Position numbers and translations under genes: made by a program. This document shows, piece after piece, positions 37,772-46,991 of a stretch of DNA of 64,000 bases (position 1 is the first letter of the stretch; each line of letters starts with the position of its first letter). The stretch spans positions 289,124-353,123 of the IMG/VR virus record IMGVR_UViG_3300044640_001495; one strand, written 5' to 3'. The notes beneath the pieces are model-generated. The model worked only from the letters and a program-made list of their open reading frames with translations. It did no database searches and was not told where the DNA came from.

Positions 37772-38110
37772 CTAGTCCCCACGAACATCCGTATTCAGTG
37801 TAGGGTTAATAGCACGGCGTAGTTCAACTTCGCGCTTGTGGGCCTGAGCCTTGCCACGAACCACTTCGTGTACGTATACTTCTATCTCGCTCTTGTCGCT
37901 GAGAGTGCGCAGGGCATGACACAAGGCCCAATCCTTAGCTTCTTTCTTAGCACGATAGAAGTGTTTAGCGGCACGTGCCAAAACTGACTTATTAATAGTG
38001 GTCTCAGTCTTGGCTGTGACTCCTATGTAGTTGCCCCCAGCAACACGCAACTCATATATGATATGATTGCGGTCGGTGCGCTTTTTACGAATGGTGTTTG
38101 TCTGTGTCAT
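37772..38110 (-). CDS. GIY-YIG-like nuclease
   Basis: HIIYEL......YIGVT...R...H...AHKRE...PTLN; start MTQTN at 38110. Confidence 0.65.
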   Translation of the reverse strand: MTQTNTIRKKRTDRNHIIYELRVAGGNYIGVTAKTETTINKSVLARAAKHFYRAKKEAKDWALCHALRTLSDKSEIEVYVHEVVRGKAQAHKREVELRRAINPTLNTDVRGD

Positions 38111-38357
38111 GTGTCTATTATACTGCATTTTGGCTGTTTCGTCAACCAAAATAAAAAGACACTAGACTGCGTAGGGTTTCTCGTTCTAGATGATCTCCTT
38201 TAAGGTTACCCACAGGATATTCACAGTGTGATGTGGATATCCAAACTGTAGCCAAAATGCCACACTTTGGGCTGTGTCGCGGCACTCTCATTAGCTGCTG
38301 GCTGCTGCTGTAGGGCTGGTGTACGCTGCGCAGCATTCAGGATTCTGCTGCTGTAGA

Positions 38358-38442
38358 TGGTAGGACCGACCGGAATCGAACCGGTATGCATTGCTGCGAG
38401 AGATTTTAAGTCTCTTGTGTCTACCTATTTCACCACGGTCCT
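38358..38442 (-). tRNA. tRNA-Leu(UAA)
   Basis: AGGACCG/CGGTCCT acceptor stem, AGAGA-CT-TAA-AA-TCTCT anticodon arm, long variable arm, TTCGATT T-loop, encoded CCA. Confidence 0.95.
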
Positions 38443-38468
38443 CAGTCTCGATGCTGCTGCAACGTTGT

Positions 38469-38545
38469 TGGCCAGTCCTACTGGATTCGAACCAGTGGCC
38501 TACAGCTTAGAAGGCTGTTGCTCTATCCAACTGAGCTAAGGACTG
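38469..38545 (-). tRNA. tRNA-Arg(UCU)
   Basis: CAGTCCT/AGGACTG acceptor stem, ACAGC-CT-TCT-AA-GCTGT, TTCGAAT, CCA. Confidence 0.95.
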
Positions 38546-38564
38546 CTGCTGTACTATTAATGTT

Positions 38565-38642
<78 letters not shown>

Positions 38643-38649
38643 GATAATC

Positions 38650-38934
38650 TTATGATTCTTTATAGCCCCTTAGGAGTTCTGAATCTTCTGGATCCGCAGC
38701 CAGTGCGCCTGCTGCTACGAAACGGTGCAGATCTTCCATTTTTTCTGCGAATACCTCAGGGCATGATGCTGCTGCTCGCTGCATGTCCCAGTCTGATGGA
38801 TAGTGACGCAGCATGCTTCGGGCCGTGTCTCGGACCAGTTTAGGTACTCTAGGTGTATGTTCTCTATTGCAAAGATCCAATAGGAACCTTCGGGTCTGTA
38901 CTACAGCACGGTATCTTTCATCTGGTAGTGTCAT
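38650..38934 (-). CDS. BPSL0761-like hypothetical protein
   Basis: MTLPDERYRAV...FLLDL....TPRVP..VR..AR..LRHYP. Confidence 0.7.
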   Translation of the reverse strand: MTLPDERYRAVVQTRRFLLDLCNREHTPRVPKLVRDTARSMLRHYPSDWDMQRAAASCPEVFAEKMEDLHRFVAAGALAADPEDSELLRGYKES

Positions 38935-39051
38935 AATAGTTGCGTTTGATAGTTGCACAGGATCTCTGCTTCTAGATAGCAGTCTTTTCTTCAGCATGTA
39001 TATATTATATGATCGTTACACGTTCTTGTCAACCTGAAATGGCTCATTGAG

Positions 39052-39700
39052 CAGCGGGGCCAATGGCTGAAAAGCCCGAGGTTTTGGATGCAATAGGGGA
39101 TCAGGTTGGAACTCCCGTACCGTAGTCGAGTATAGTCTAATAGTGTAGGGTCTAGAGTTAGCTGTATATAACAGTAGTACGCCTTCTGGGACTTCATGCA
39201 TACTATATTTAAGTGTAGGCATATACGTATACATATACACTGTATACGCACAATCCAGCAGCGGGGCCTATTGTGGGTCTACGGTTGGCACTGTACAGGG
39301 ATTGGTTGCAGCAGATCACCGTGATTCTAGAGTGGATAAATACTGGCAGCACCTATTCTAGACAGTGAAAACTACTGTAGATGAGTCGTTTGAGTAGGGT
39401 TTGGCTGCAATTTACAAGAGTTTGAGCACGGCCAGGTCTATGGCTTATGAGGCATGCAAAAAATTCACACAATTCAACACTTTATTGCACTTTATCACAC
39501 ACATTAGATAACCATACCCCACACAGCGGGGCCTATATGCATGATCACCCCCACCAACCGATCAGTAAATCACACTTTTTTGCATTTACTGTTCATTCTA
39601 TAATTCTCTAGAGCTGCCGCAGGCTTCTTGACCCTAGCCACTCTACACACTTATACATACGCATATACGTATACACGACTTGATATCCAGCAGCGGGGCC
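39052..39700 (+). repeat. clustered direct repeats CAGCGGGGCC in a long non-coding strand-switch region
   Basis: Copies at 39052, 39259, 39524, 39691 (also 25961 and 30890); two are preceded by GCATATACGTATAC and ATCCAG. Confidence 0.8.
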
Positions 39701-39789
39701 TTTACCCAATCTGTTACACACAGTTAAATACTCTATGGATCATAAACTATACTCACTCATAGCAGCTATTACACTGGTAACCATTTGGT

Positions 39790-39963
39790 ATGTTATACAC
39801 CTTTGATTACTCTCTAACTCAATTGGAGCAGTGTCATGACTATGTATTAGCCAGATACAACATAGCACGTATTATACATCTACTCTATGACGATCTACTG
39901 GATCATTATATAGTCATAGTTGACTGCGATGAAAAGACTGCTTGCCTATTGAGTCTACTGTAA
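39790..39963 (+). CDS. small hypothetical protein (57 aa)
   Basis: Manual: MLYTFDYSLTQLEQCHDYVLARYNIARIIHLLYDD...; stops 1 nt before the next ATG. Confidence 0.45.
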   Translation: MLYTFDYSLTQLEQCHDYVLARYNIARIIHLLYDDLLDHYIVIVDCDEKTACLLSLL

Positions 39964-39964
39964 C

Positions 39965-40195
39965 ATGCAGTATACAGATGCCATTTCAGAACCCGACATA
40001 TTCTGTTATCAGTTGCCCTATTTTATTGATTACGATCCCGAGGCCATTTGGGAACTAGTACAACGACATGGTGGTTCAGTGAGCTATCTGAATGGAGGGC
40101 AATATGACTACTACATTGATCGCGAGTATGCTTCCATTCTGGTACTAGCGTTCCCCCAATTACGGCGCCAGTATCAAAAGGATCTATACACGTAG
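39965..40195 (+). CDS. hypothetical protein
   Basis: 76-aa ORF. Confidence 0.6.
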   Translation: MQYTDAISEPDIFCYQLPYFIDYDPEAIWELVQRHGGSVSYLNGGQYDYYIDREYASILVLAFPQLRRQYQKDLYT

Positions 40196-40384
40196 ATCTA
40201 CGGTGTTGGCTGCAGGTTCTTGAATCTTGGCCTTGGAATCGTATATCATGTAGTAATAGTAAGTTTCTCTAACTTCCACACGGCCACCATTATCCACATA
40301 CTGTCTACGCACAGTTTCAATGCGATTGTTCTGCACACTTTGGGTGGTGGCTATGGCTGTGGTTGTTATGGGTTCGATCTGCAT
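40184..40384 (-). CDS. hypothetical protein
   Basis: Start MQIEPI at 40384 just downstream of ATAAATA. Confidence 0.55.
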   Translation of the reverse strand: MQIEPITTTAIATTQSVQNNRIETVRRQYVDNGGRVEVRETYYYYMIYDSKAKIQEPAANTVDLRV

Positions 40385-40477
40385 GTGAGTATTTATGGTT
40401 CTAGATAACCTTGCAAATTTTGCGCTGCTCCGCAGCTCTTCGAGCTGCCATGAATTATCACTGTGTCCAAATAGCAC

Positions 40478-40485
40478 TATAAATA
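40478..40485 (+). promoter_or_regulatory. T4-type late promoter TATAAATA
   Basis: Exact T4 late consensus 4 nt before ATG 40490; shorter TAAATA boxes precede many other genes (e.g. 8732, 13931, 41161, 57446). Confidence 0.6.
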
Positions 40486-40489
40486 TCTC

Positions 40490-41104
40490 ATGCAAATTGT
40501 TCACGATCACAACTACGTCAGAGTCATTGATCATGTGTTATCCGCTGATCACTGTGCTCGTTTATGCACCTTGTTTGAAGCATGTTATGCTCAGCACACA
40601 CGTCGAGACAGTGAGTGGGTCTCACTGACAGAATTGGCTTTGACAGCACCCGATAACATGACCAGTCGTAATCCCTTGCACAGGCTTCGAGCAGAACAGG
40701 ATACTGTATGGCCCGAAGTCTTGGAACCTCTGGCTCTGCGTCTGCGGGTCTTGGCAGAACAGTATGGTCAAACATGGGGTACTTGGCAGGGCATATCATT
40801 TTTGCCCCAAGATTACAGCATGGAAGGCATGCGAATCAAATGCTATAGACCCCACTCAGGTGATCAATTTCGCACACACGTGGATGTGGCCAATCGTGCC
40901 AGCAGCAGCCGTTTTCTCAGCTTTTTGCTCTATCTCAATGACTCAGATGCAGGCACTCATTTTGCACGGGACTCATACACTGTTCAAGCTCAAGAGGGTC
41001 GTGTGGTCTTATTTCCACCTTTATGGACACACCCACACGCAGGCCTGGAACCCAAAGGTGATACCACCAAATACATACTGTCAACTTATCTACACTATCT
41101 ATGA
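40490..41104 (+). CDS. 2OG-Fe(II) oxygenase (prolyl-4-hydroxylase-like)
   Basis: FRTHVD, FLLYLND, GTHF, FPPLWTHPHAG, KYIL. Confidence 0.88.
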   Translation: MQIVHDHNYVRVIDHVLSADHCARLCTLFEACYAQHTRRDSEWVSLTELALTAPDNMTSRNPLHRLRAEQDTVWPEVLEPLALRLRVLAEQYGQTWGTWQGISFLPQDYSMEGMRIKCYRPHSGDQFRTHVDVANRASSSRFLSFLLYLNDSDAGTHFARDSYTVQAQEGRVVLFPPLWTHPHAGLEPKGDTTKYILSTYLHYL

Positions 41105-41171
41105 CTCAACTGCAAATTTTGCTGAATATCTACACAAACAGTACTTTGAACAGTGATTGGTAAATATTAAC

Positions 41172-41561
41172 ATGAACAAACTCTTTGCAATTTTATCTCT
41201 AGTCATGCTATCGGGTTGTGCTTCCGTTATCAGCTGGATACCCAGTTTTAACGACGTCAATCAGTCAGCCAAGATTGTGGATGTACGCATGGCAGTGGAC
41301 TCACTTGATTGTGCGCGAGCACAACACCCCCAGGCTCTAACCATACAGCGTGAACTACGTTGGTTTGAACTCTATTCAGAATCAGCGGGCATACGCAATC
41401 AAGATGTTATACGTGTGATCAAGCCCATGCAGGCCACAGTGGGTGAGTTTGTGACTCGTACAGAGAAACAGGATGCCAGCAGGGTCTATTGTGATCTAAA
41501 GAAACGAGCCATGCAAGAACAGGCAGCTAGGGCTGCTGGTGTAATTCTAGGAAGATTCTAA
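41172..41561 (+). CDS. putative lipoprotein
   Basis: MNKLFAILSLVMLSGC lipobox. Confidence 0.75.
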   Translation: MNKLFAILSLVMLSGCASVISWIPSFNDVNQSAKIVDVRMAVDSLDCARAQHPQALTIQRELRWFELYSESAGIRNQDVIRVIKPMQATVGEFVTRTEKQDASRVYCDLKKRAMQEQAARAAGVILGRF

Positions 41562-41797
41562 TGTCAATTGAAACGCTAAGAACGCTAACAGAACATCAAG
41601 ACCTAGCCATTTCAGCTAGGGCTCGTTATGTGCTTGAGCTCACCCAGGCAGTAAACACCAATCAGATCACAGCCGAGGAATATCAAGAACTCTGCAGAGA
41701 TGTGGCCCGTATGGACACCCTGGATAGAGAATGTCAAGACCTAGAACTAAAAACCGCACTGGTCATGGCTGTGTATGCTGTGGCCCAACTGAGATAA
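41561..41797 (+). CDS. hypothetical protein
   Basis: 78 aa, TAATG-coupled. Confidence 0.7.
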   Translation: MSIETLRTLTEHQDLAISARARYVLELTQAVNTNQITAEEYQELCRDVARMDTLDRECQDLELKTALVMAVYAVAQLR

Positions 41798-41801
41798 TCA
41801 T

Positions 41802-42332
41802 ATGCGTATCAACGAAATCCTCACTGAAAACATATTCACCACAGACTATCACAAGGTCATGCAAGCGGTAGCTGAATTGTACAAGAACCACTATGACATC
41901 AATGTGTGGGAAAATGCCGAAGCACACGACGAAGCTGCCAAGGTACTACTCAAGGTACACCCCACTCAAGAGGAACTGGACTACATCATTTCAAGTAGTC
42001 AACTGCCAGAACGCTTTATGGATCTAGACTTTCCCATCAATGACGATCTCATGTTCAACGGTTCAGGGGCATCAACAGATGATGTCATCGAGGGTGACCT
42101 AGATGAAGCCCTAGACTCAGACCTAGATGAGGAGCCTGCATCGAGAGCATTATGTACCAGCGGCAAACCCAACAACGCTTTGGGTGCCAGTCAATTGGCA
42201 TCATGCAAGAGCCAGGGCTATCGTGGTCGACACGGTGATAAAAGCCACAAGATTGGCAACGAGCGCACCACTGTAAAAGGCAAAAAGATCAAGGGCAAGA
42301 AGTACGGCGGCCCCTTACCAGACTGGAGTTAA
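41802..42332 (+). CDS. hypothetical protein (acidic N-half, basic C-tail)
   Basis: 176-aa ORF. Confidence 0.75.
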   Translation: MRINEILTENIFTTDYHKVMQAVAELYKNHYDINVWENAEAHDEAAKVLLKVHPTQEELDYIISSSQLPERFMDLDFPINDDLMFNGSGASTDDVIEGDLDEALDSDLDEEPASRALCTSGKPNNALGASQLASCKSQGYRGRHGDKSHKIGNERTTVKGKKIKGKKYGGPLPDWS

Positions 42333-42335
42333 CAC

Positions 42336-42893
42336 ATGGTCGAAGTCAAGACCGGGGATCTATTGATTGCACCCCCGAGCATGCCAGATCCAAGATTTAA
42401 CCAATCTGTGATGTTTCTCACACATTACAACTCACGTGGGGCCTATGCCCTGTGCATGAACAGGCCCACAGAACACACCCTCAACACCATAGTGGAGCCC
42501 CTGGGGCTGAAGTTTAAAATAGATCACCCTCTGTATTGGGGTGGCCCAGTGAGCCTCAGCACTGTGTGGATGTTGCATGACAGTGATTGGTCAGTGAACA
42601 ACACCATGCGTATCAATGATCAATGGAGCATTACCAGCCATGAAGAAATGTTCCATCATCTCAGCAAGGGGGTATGGCCCAATAGATTCCGTATCATGAT
42701 AGGCCATGCCAGTTGGGATGCAGGACAACTAGATGCTGAGATAGAGGGTCAAGAACCCTGGAGCCACCGCAGCAGTTGGCTGTGTGTGAAGCGGCCCGAT
42801 CCCAATTGGCTGTTTGATCTAGATGCAGAACAGCTATGGAGCAGCAGTTGCAGTCTATGCGGGCAACAGGCTGTGGATTCATGGATGGTGTAA
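42336..42893 (+). CDS. YqgE/AlgH family protein
   Basis: GDLLIAPPSMPDPRF..SV, MNRP, YWGGPV, GHASWDAGQLDAEI. Confidence 0.9.
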   Translation: MVEVKTGDLLIAPPSMPDPRFNQSVMFLTHYNSRGAYALCMNRPTEHTLNTIVEPLGLKFKIDHPLYWGGPVSLSTVWMLHDSDWSVNNTMRINDQWSITSHEEMFHHLSKGVWPNRFRIMIGHASWDAGQLDAEIEGQEPWSHRSSWLCVKRPDPNWLFDLDAEQLWSSSCSLCGQQAVDSWMV

Positions 42894-43798
42894 GGCTGGT
42901 TCAAAGCACGAGGGCTGGGAGTAAATTTTATGTAAATTGGTGGTTGATGAATCACTGCACATGGGCCTGCAGCTATTGCAATGAAATTATACGCAAGGGC
43001 AACATTGATCTACCCTATCTCAACGACTGCAAACAGTTCATAGACAGCACAGTGGCCTATGCTACCAATCAAGGCAAAACTGCCAGCATAGAGTTTACAG
43101 GGGGTGAAGTAACAGAATGGACTGACTTTCTAGAGCTGTTGGCCCACGCTCATGGTCAAGGATGCGAAACACAGTTTAGAACCAATGCCAATGTGAGCAT
43201 TGATCTTTGGCATGAATACATGGCTGTGACCCACAGTGTGTTGATTGAGCATCACCCTGAGCATACTACCAGTGCGCACTTTTTATTGGCTGTGGCTGCG
43301 GCAGTGGACGCAGGGGTGGCTGTGACTGTGAACCTAAACATGCTCAAAGACACGTGGGCCAGCAGCCAGCAGTTGTATGATCGCATATACACCAAATGGC
43401 CACAGATACGCATGAACAAACGCATGTTGTTTGAAGACCCTGTGTTCAATACCACCCCACAACGCTATACCACCAACCAGACCATGGAATTGAAAAGACA
43501 GCACGGTGACATCAAGATCACACAAGGTAACAAGATTGAATACACTGACTATCAGACCATGGTGTTAGAGGGCAGTAATGTGTTCAAAGACTATGACTGC
43601 TGGGCTGGCATGGAACAGATAGTGGTAGATGCTTGGGGCAGAGTCTATAGAGGGCACTGTAGACAAGGCGGATTCATGGGCAATATCAAAGAGCATAACA
43701 TAGTTTGGCCCACCCACCCTAGAACTTGCAAGTTAGACATATGCAGAAACAGCTTTGACATACTGGCCACTAAATCAATTCAACTCACGAAGATTTGA
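42881..43798 (+). CDS. radical SAM protein with C-terminal SPASM/twitch-like cysteines
   Basis: CTWACSYC, FTGGE, CWAG...VYRGHC...C...C. Confidence 0.88.
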   Translation: MDGVRLVQSTRAGSKFYVNWWLMNHCTWACSYCNEIIRKGNIDLPYLNDCKQFIDSTVAYATNQGKTASIEFTGGEVTEWTDFLELLAHAHGQGCETQFRTNANVSIDLWHEYMAVTHSVLIEHHPEHTTSAHFLLAVAAAVDAGVAVTVNLNMLKDTWASSQQLYDRIYTKWPQIRMNKRMLFEDPVFNTTPQRYTTNQTMELKRQHGDIKITQGNKIEYTDYQTMVLEGSNVFKDYDCWAGMEQIVVDAWGRVYRGHCRQGGFMGNIKEHNIVWPTHPRTCKLDICRNSFDILATKSIQLTKI

Positions 43799-44545
43799 AA
43801 ACACCACACGTTCCACTATTTTCTTTCTAGCATCCTTGCTGGGAGCACCCAGCACAACCAATATGAACTGCCTATGACGTTCTTCCAACACTAGACTCAC
43901 ACACCATCCTGCAGGGTTAGTTAGCCCTGTCTTGCTGAGTACAATGGTATTAAACTCTTCCAGCAGGCCTATATTGGTATTCTGAATGATAATCTTAACA
44001 GGCTTCTTGCGATCCTTGACAGCAATTTCAGTCTTTTGAATAATACTAGTCTGACGAATAAAGTCTATAGTAGTTGCAGCCTTGAGCATGTGCATGATGT
44101 CCAAGACTGTGCCCACATTCTTTTGGCTAAGGCCACTGGGATCATCGAAATGGCTGTAGGCCATGCCCAACTGTTGTGCCTTGGCATTCATGGCAGTCAT
44201 AAAGGCATGTCTACCATTGGGATGATCACGGGCCAGTGTTTCGGCAGCAGAGTTGTCTGAGCGAACCAACATGGCGATCAATAGCTCTCTACGGGTATAA
44301 TGCTGTTTCTTTAACAGTACACCACTAACACCTCGATATATTTCTATCTTGGCTTCTAGATCCTGTCCTAGGTCTAGATAGGTCATGGCCGTCATTACCT
44401 TGGTAATACTGGCCATAGGCCTTACCTGTTGTGTATGCTCTGCAAGCAAAACTGTGTTTGTGGTGTTATCATACAAAAGCACACTGGGCTCATTACGAGC
44501 CCAGGCTGTGTTGATCAGCAATAACAAGACAACTAACAGTTTCAT
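43775..44545 (-). CDS. D-alanyl-D-alanine carboxy/endopeptidase (peptidase S11, PBP7-like)
   Basis: Signal peptide, ASITK (SxxK), SDN, DPSGL, SKTG. Confidence 0.92.
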   Translation of the reverse strand: MKLLVVLLLLINTAWARNEPSVLLYDNTTNTVLLAEHTQQVRPMASITKVMTAMTYLDLGQDLEAKIEIYRGVSGVLLKKQHYTRRELLIAMLVRSDNSAAETLARDHPNGRHAFMTAMNAKAQQLGMAYSHFDDPSGLSQKNVGTVLDIMHMLKAATTIDFIRQTSIIQKTEIAVKDRKKPVKIIIQNTNIGLLEEFNTIVLSKTGLTNPAGWCVSLVLEERHRQFILVVLGAPSKDARKKIVERVVFSNLRELN

Positions 44546-44548
44546 CGA

Positions 44549-45109
44549 TTATTTAATCGACTCTTCCTCGTTATCAAAGGGCCAAGCATTGAGCTCTGGT
44601 GTATGCTTGGCAATAGCTTCTCGAAGAGCGTCTTCAATCAATTGATTGAATGTGATGTCACGTTCATGTGCTATCTTCATATAGGTTAGGAGTTCTTCTT
44701 CTGTGAAGTCTATAGGTACCAACACTCGAGTATCATAGGGTTCACCGGCCTTGATAGCCAGAGCCTTTTGAATGAAGTCATCAACAACATCAAGATCTAC
44801 ATAGTCGACATCATCCCATGCTTGATTTTCAAGCACACTTCTATGCTGGGCTTCCTTGTGATGTTTTTCAACATTTTTAGGATTGATCATGCGATAAGCA
44901 CGGTCATTGGTGTAATCGCACATGCTGACTTCATAGACCTTTTGGCTTTTGGTACTAAACACAATGCTAAAACTGTATCCACCTGCGCCGTGAACACCGT
45001 TCCATGAGTCTAATGTATAGGCATTAGGGCCATAACAGGACCACGTGTAATCACTACCTTCAGTAATCTTGTAGTCGACCAGTTCCATCCATTCTTTCAT
45101 TGTGATCAT
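44549..45109 (-). CDS. hypothetical protein
   Basis: 186 aa; C-terminal AHERDITFNQLIEDAL segment resembles a ribbon-helix-helix. Confidence 0.75.
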   Translation of the reverse strand: MITMKEWMELVDYKITEGSDYTWSCYGPNAYTLDSWNGVHGAGGYSFSIVFSTKSQKVYEVSMCDYTNDRAYRMINPKNVEKHHKEAQHRSVLENQAWDDVDYVDLDVVDDFIQKALAIKAGEPYDTRVLVPIDFTEEELLTYMKIAHERDITFNQLIEDALREAIAKHTPELNAWPFDNEEESIK

Positions 45110-45441
45110 TTTGATTCCTTAATTTTTGTTAATAGACTTCTATTACGCACGTCTTGCTCTTTACGAGCACGTTTAACATCATCGCTGACACGCAACATTG
45201 CATCGTAATCACGTGCCCAGCGTACTCCTGCCAACCAATCTTCTAGTCGTTCAAGACTGCCCACGAACAGTTCAGCATCACGATTATAAATTGGTAATGC
45301 ATCGTGATCCTTTGGTACAAGACTGAGAGCACCGTGATCCTCTGTCCAATCGCTGTGTTTGCTCTTGCTGAACTTGAAGCCAAGTTTGTCTATAGCTTCT
45401 TCAATGCGTTTGATTCTTTGAATTGTATTCCAACCACTCAT
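45106..45441 (-). CDS. hypothetical protein
   Basis: 111 aa; promoter TTGACT-N17-TATAAT at 45470-45498. Confidence 0.75.
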   Translation of the reverse strand: MSGWNTIQRIKRIEEAIDKLGFKFSKSKHSDWTEDHGALSLVPKDHDALPIYNRDAELFVGSLERLEDWLAGVRWARDYDAMLRVSDDVKRARKEQDVRNRSLLTKIKESK

Positions 45442-45494
45442 ATCAGCCTTTCTTTGTTGCTATATGTATATTATACAGTCTTATTAGAAAAAAG

Positions 45495-45833
45495 TCAATA
45501 GGGTTTTATATTTTTTAACAAACTATCATTGTCGCCAAGTATTAGTCCTACACCGTATTTGGCATGAAAGTCATCATATGATGCCAATCGATTTGGATCT
45601 ATAGGCAGGCCATATATCTTTAACCAAGTATGCATGCAGTTGACTACTTCTTGATCTGCAAAATTCTCCATAATAAAATAAATTGATTGATCTACCTTAC
45701 GATGAAACTTCTGCTGTCTACCATGCACGGCCTGCATCTCTTCGGCTAGTTTATGGCAGTAGTGTTCTGCACCTTTGAGCACTGTCCAAAATTTGTTGGG
45801 ATCGGTTTTCATTCTCTGCTCAATCTGCCCCAC
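45495..45833 (-). CDS. hypothetical protein
   Basis: Probable start MKTDP at 45812. Confidence 0.65.
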   Translation of the reverse strand: MGQIEQRMKTDPNKFWTVLKGAEHYCHKLAEEMQAVHGRQQKFHRKVDQSIYFIMENFADQEVVNCMHTWLKIYGLPIDPNRLASYDDFHAKYGVGLILGDNDSLLKNIKPY

Positions 45834-46063
45834 ACTAGGAACTCTTTGAAGGCTTCATAAACTGTGGCCGCTTCTCGATCGTCGGCTTCTACTCGAACAC
45901 CGCGAACATAAAATCCATCTTCAGCCACTCTCAACATTTCTGTTGCGCCTACATTACACACAATGTTGTTGGACTTGGGTTCGTGAAAGTTGTATCTTGT
46001 TATGGCATCATCTTGAACCCAGGTAGACACTATCTTGTTTAACTCTGTGAAATCATAGCTCAT
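45809..46063 (-). CDS. hypothetical protein
   Basis: 84 aa, coupled. Confidence 0.65.
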   Translation of the reverse strand: MSYDFTELNKIVSTWVQDDAITRYNFHEPKSNNIVCNVGATEMLRVAEDGFYVRGVRVEADDREAATVYEAFKEFLVWGRLSRE

Positions 46064-46731
46064 TATTTAAACTCTTTCTTGTTGTGAAATATCTTACGGT
46101 ACGCACCACCCAAGAAAAATTCTAGCTTACTGCGTTTTTTTGCTTGGAATTCACAGCTCATTTCCCATGAATCTCGTTTGAAAGGAATCACCTGTACCAG
46201 CGGATCGCCGGGGTTGATTTTAACTTCTTTGTCGCTGGTAAGATATCCGGGAAGCTCGGTAGACAAGTCATGTGTGTCTGTATCAACAATGGCCGGGAAC
46301 AATTGAAAGCGTTCTTCAAACTGATAAAACGGTTGTACAATCAAACAACTGTATCCAGGTGGAGTTCGAATCAGCCACGGTTGAGCAATTTTGAAATACT
46401 GTTTGGAGGTGCCTTCTAAAGCTACAGGACACTGCTCATGATTATGTCCGCCTATATAAGGTACATGTGGCACACTGACTTTGAAATCTTCATGCCTGCC
46501 TTTTTTCTCTGGATGTAAAATTAGTTCATAGGTGTTGAAAATAATATATCCAGACATAATCATGTCTTGCACAGGCATGCAGTGTTTTATGGTAGGCATC
46601 CCTTTACCGGGAAACTGATTCTTCTTCCAGAGATCTAGATCTCTGTACCATTCTGGTACTACCTTGTTGGCCGGCTGTACAGGAAAAAACTCTACAACCG
46701 CAGGATCATCTGAGTAAAATTTGATATTCAT
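46063..46731 (-). CDS. hypothetical protein (dUTPase-like beta fold suspected)
   Basis: PEWY...TIKHCMP..D....GY...PWLIRTPPGYS...GDPLVQVIPFKR; start MNIKFY. Confidence 0.7.
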   Translation of the reverse strand: MNIKFYSDDPAVVEFFPVQPANKVVPEWYRDLDLWKKNQFPGKGMPTIKHCMPVQDMIMSGYIIFNTYELILHPEKKGRHEDFKVSVPHVPYIGGHNHEQCPVALEGTSKQYFKIAQPWLIRTPPGYSCLIVQPFYQFEERFQLFPAIVDTDTHDLSTELPGYLTSDKEVKINPGDPLVQVIPFKRDSWEMSCEFQAKKRSKLEFFLGGAYRKIFHNKKEFK

Positions 46732-46991
46732 TTGTGGCTGTCCTTGATTGTGGTAAAGAGTTCTTGTTTTTCTGTTTTGTATTTGGTCCAACTGTCTTTG
46801 AGCTGATCCCATACCATCCATTTACTGCACCAAAGGAACAGTATAATCATAGGAATAGCAAATAGATAGATGTCATAGGGCCTAGGTGCAACAACACCAG
46901 CACCTAGAAAGAAAGCACCAATAATGTAGCCTTTTTGCCAGATTTCCCATTTGCGCCATTGCCAACTAATAAATTCTAGAATCTCTTTCAT
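46728..46991 (-). CDS. membrane protein
   Basis: Two hydrophobic segments. Confidence 0.7.
   Translation of the reverse strand: MKEILEFISWQWRKWEIWQKGYIIGAFFLGAGVVAPRPYDIYLFAIPMIILFLWCSKWMVWDQLKDSWTKYKTEKQELFTTIKDSHK

Noticed and set aside
38142-38336. 64-aa ORF downstream of the tRNAs
   Set aside because: No RBS; it covers hairpins, CAG repeats and an operator site, so it is more likely non-coding.
38991-39251. ORFs 38991-39251 and 39016-39240
   Set aside because: No RBS or motif; they lie in the repeat-bearing intergenic region and overlap a promoter.
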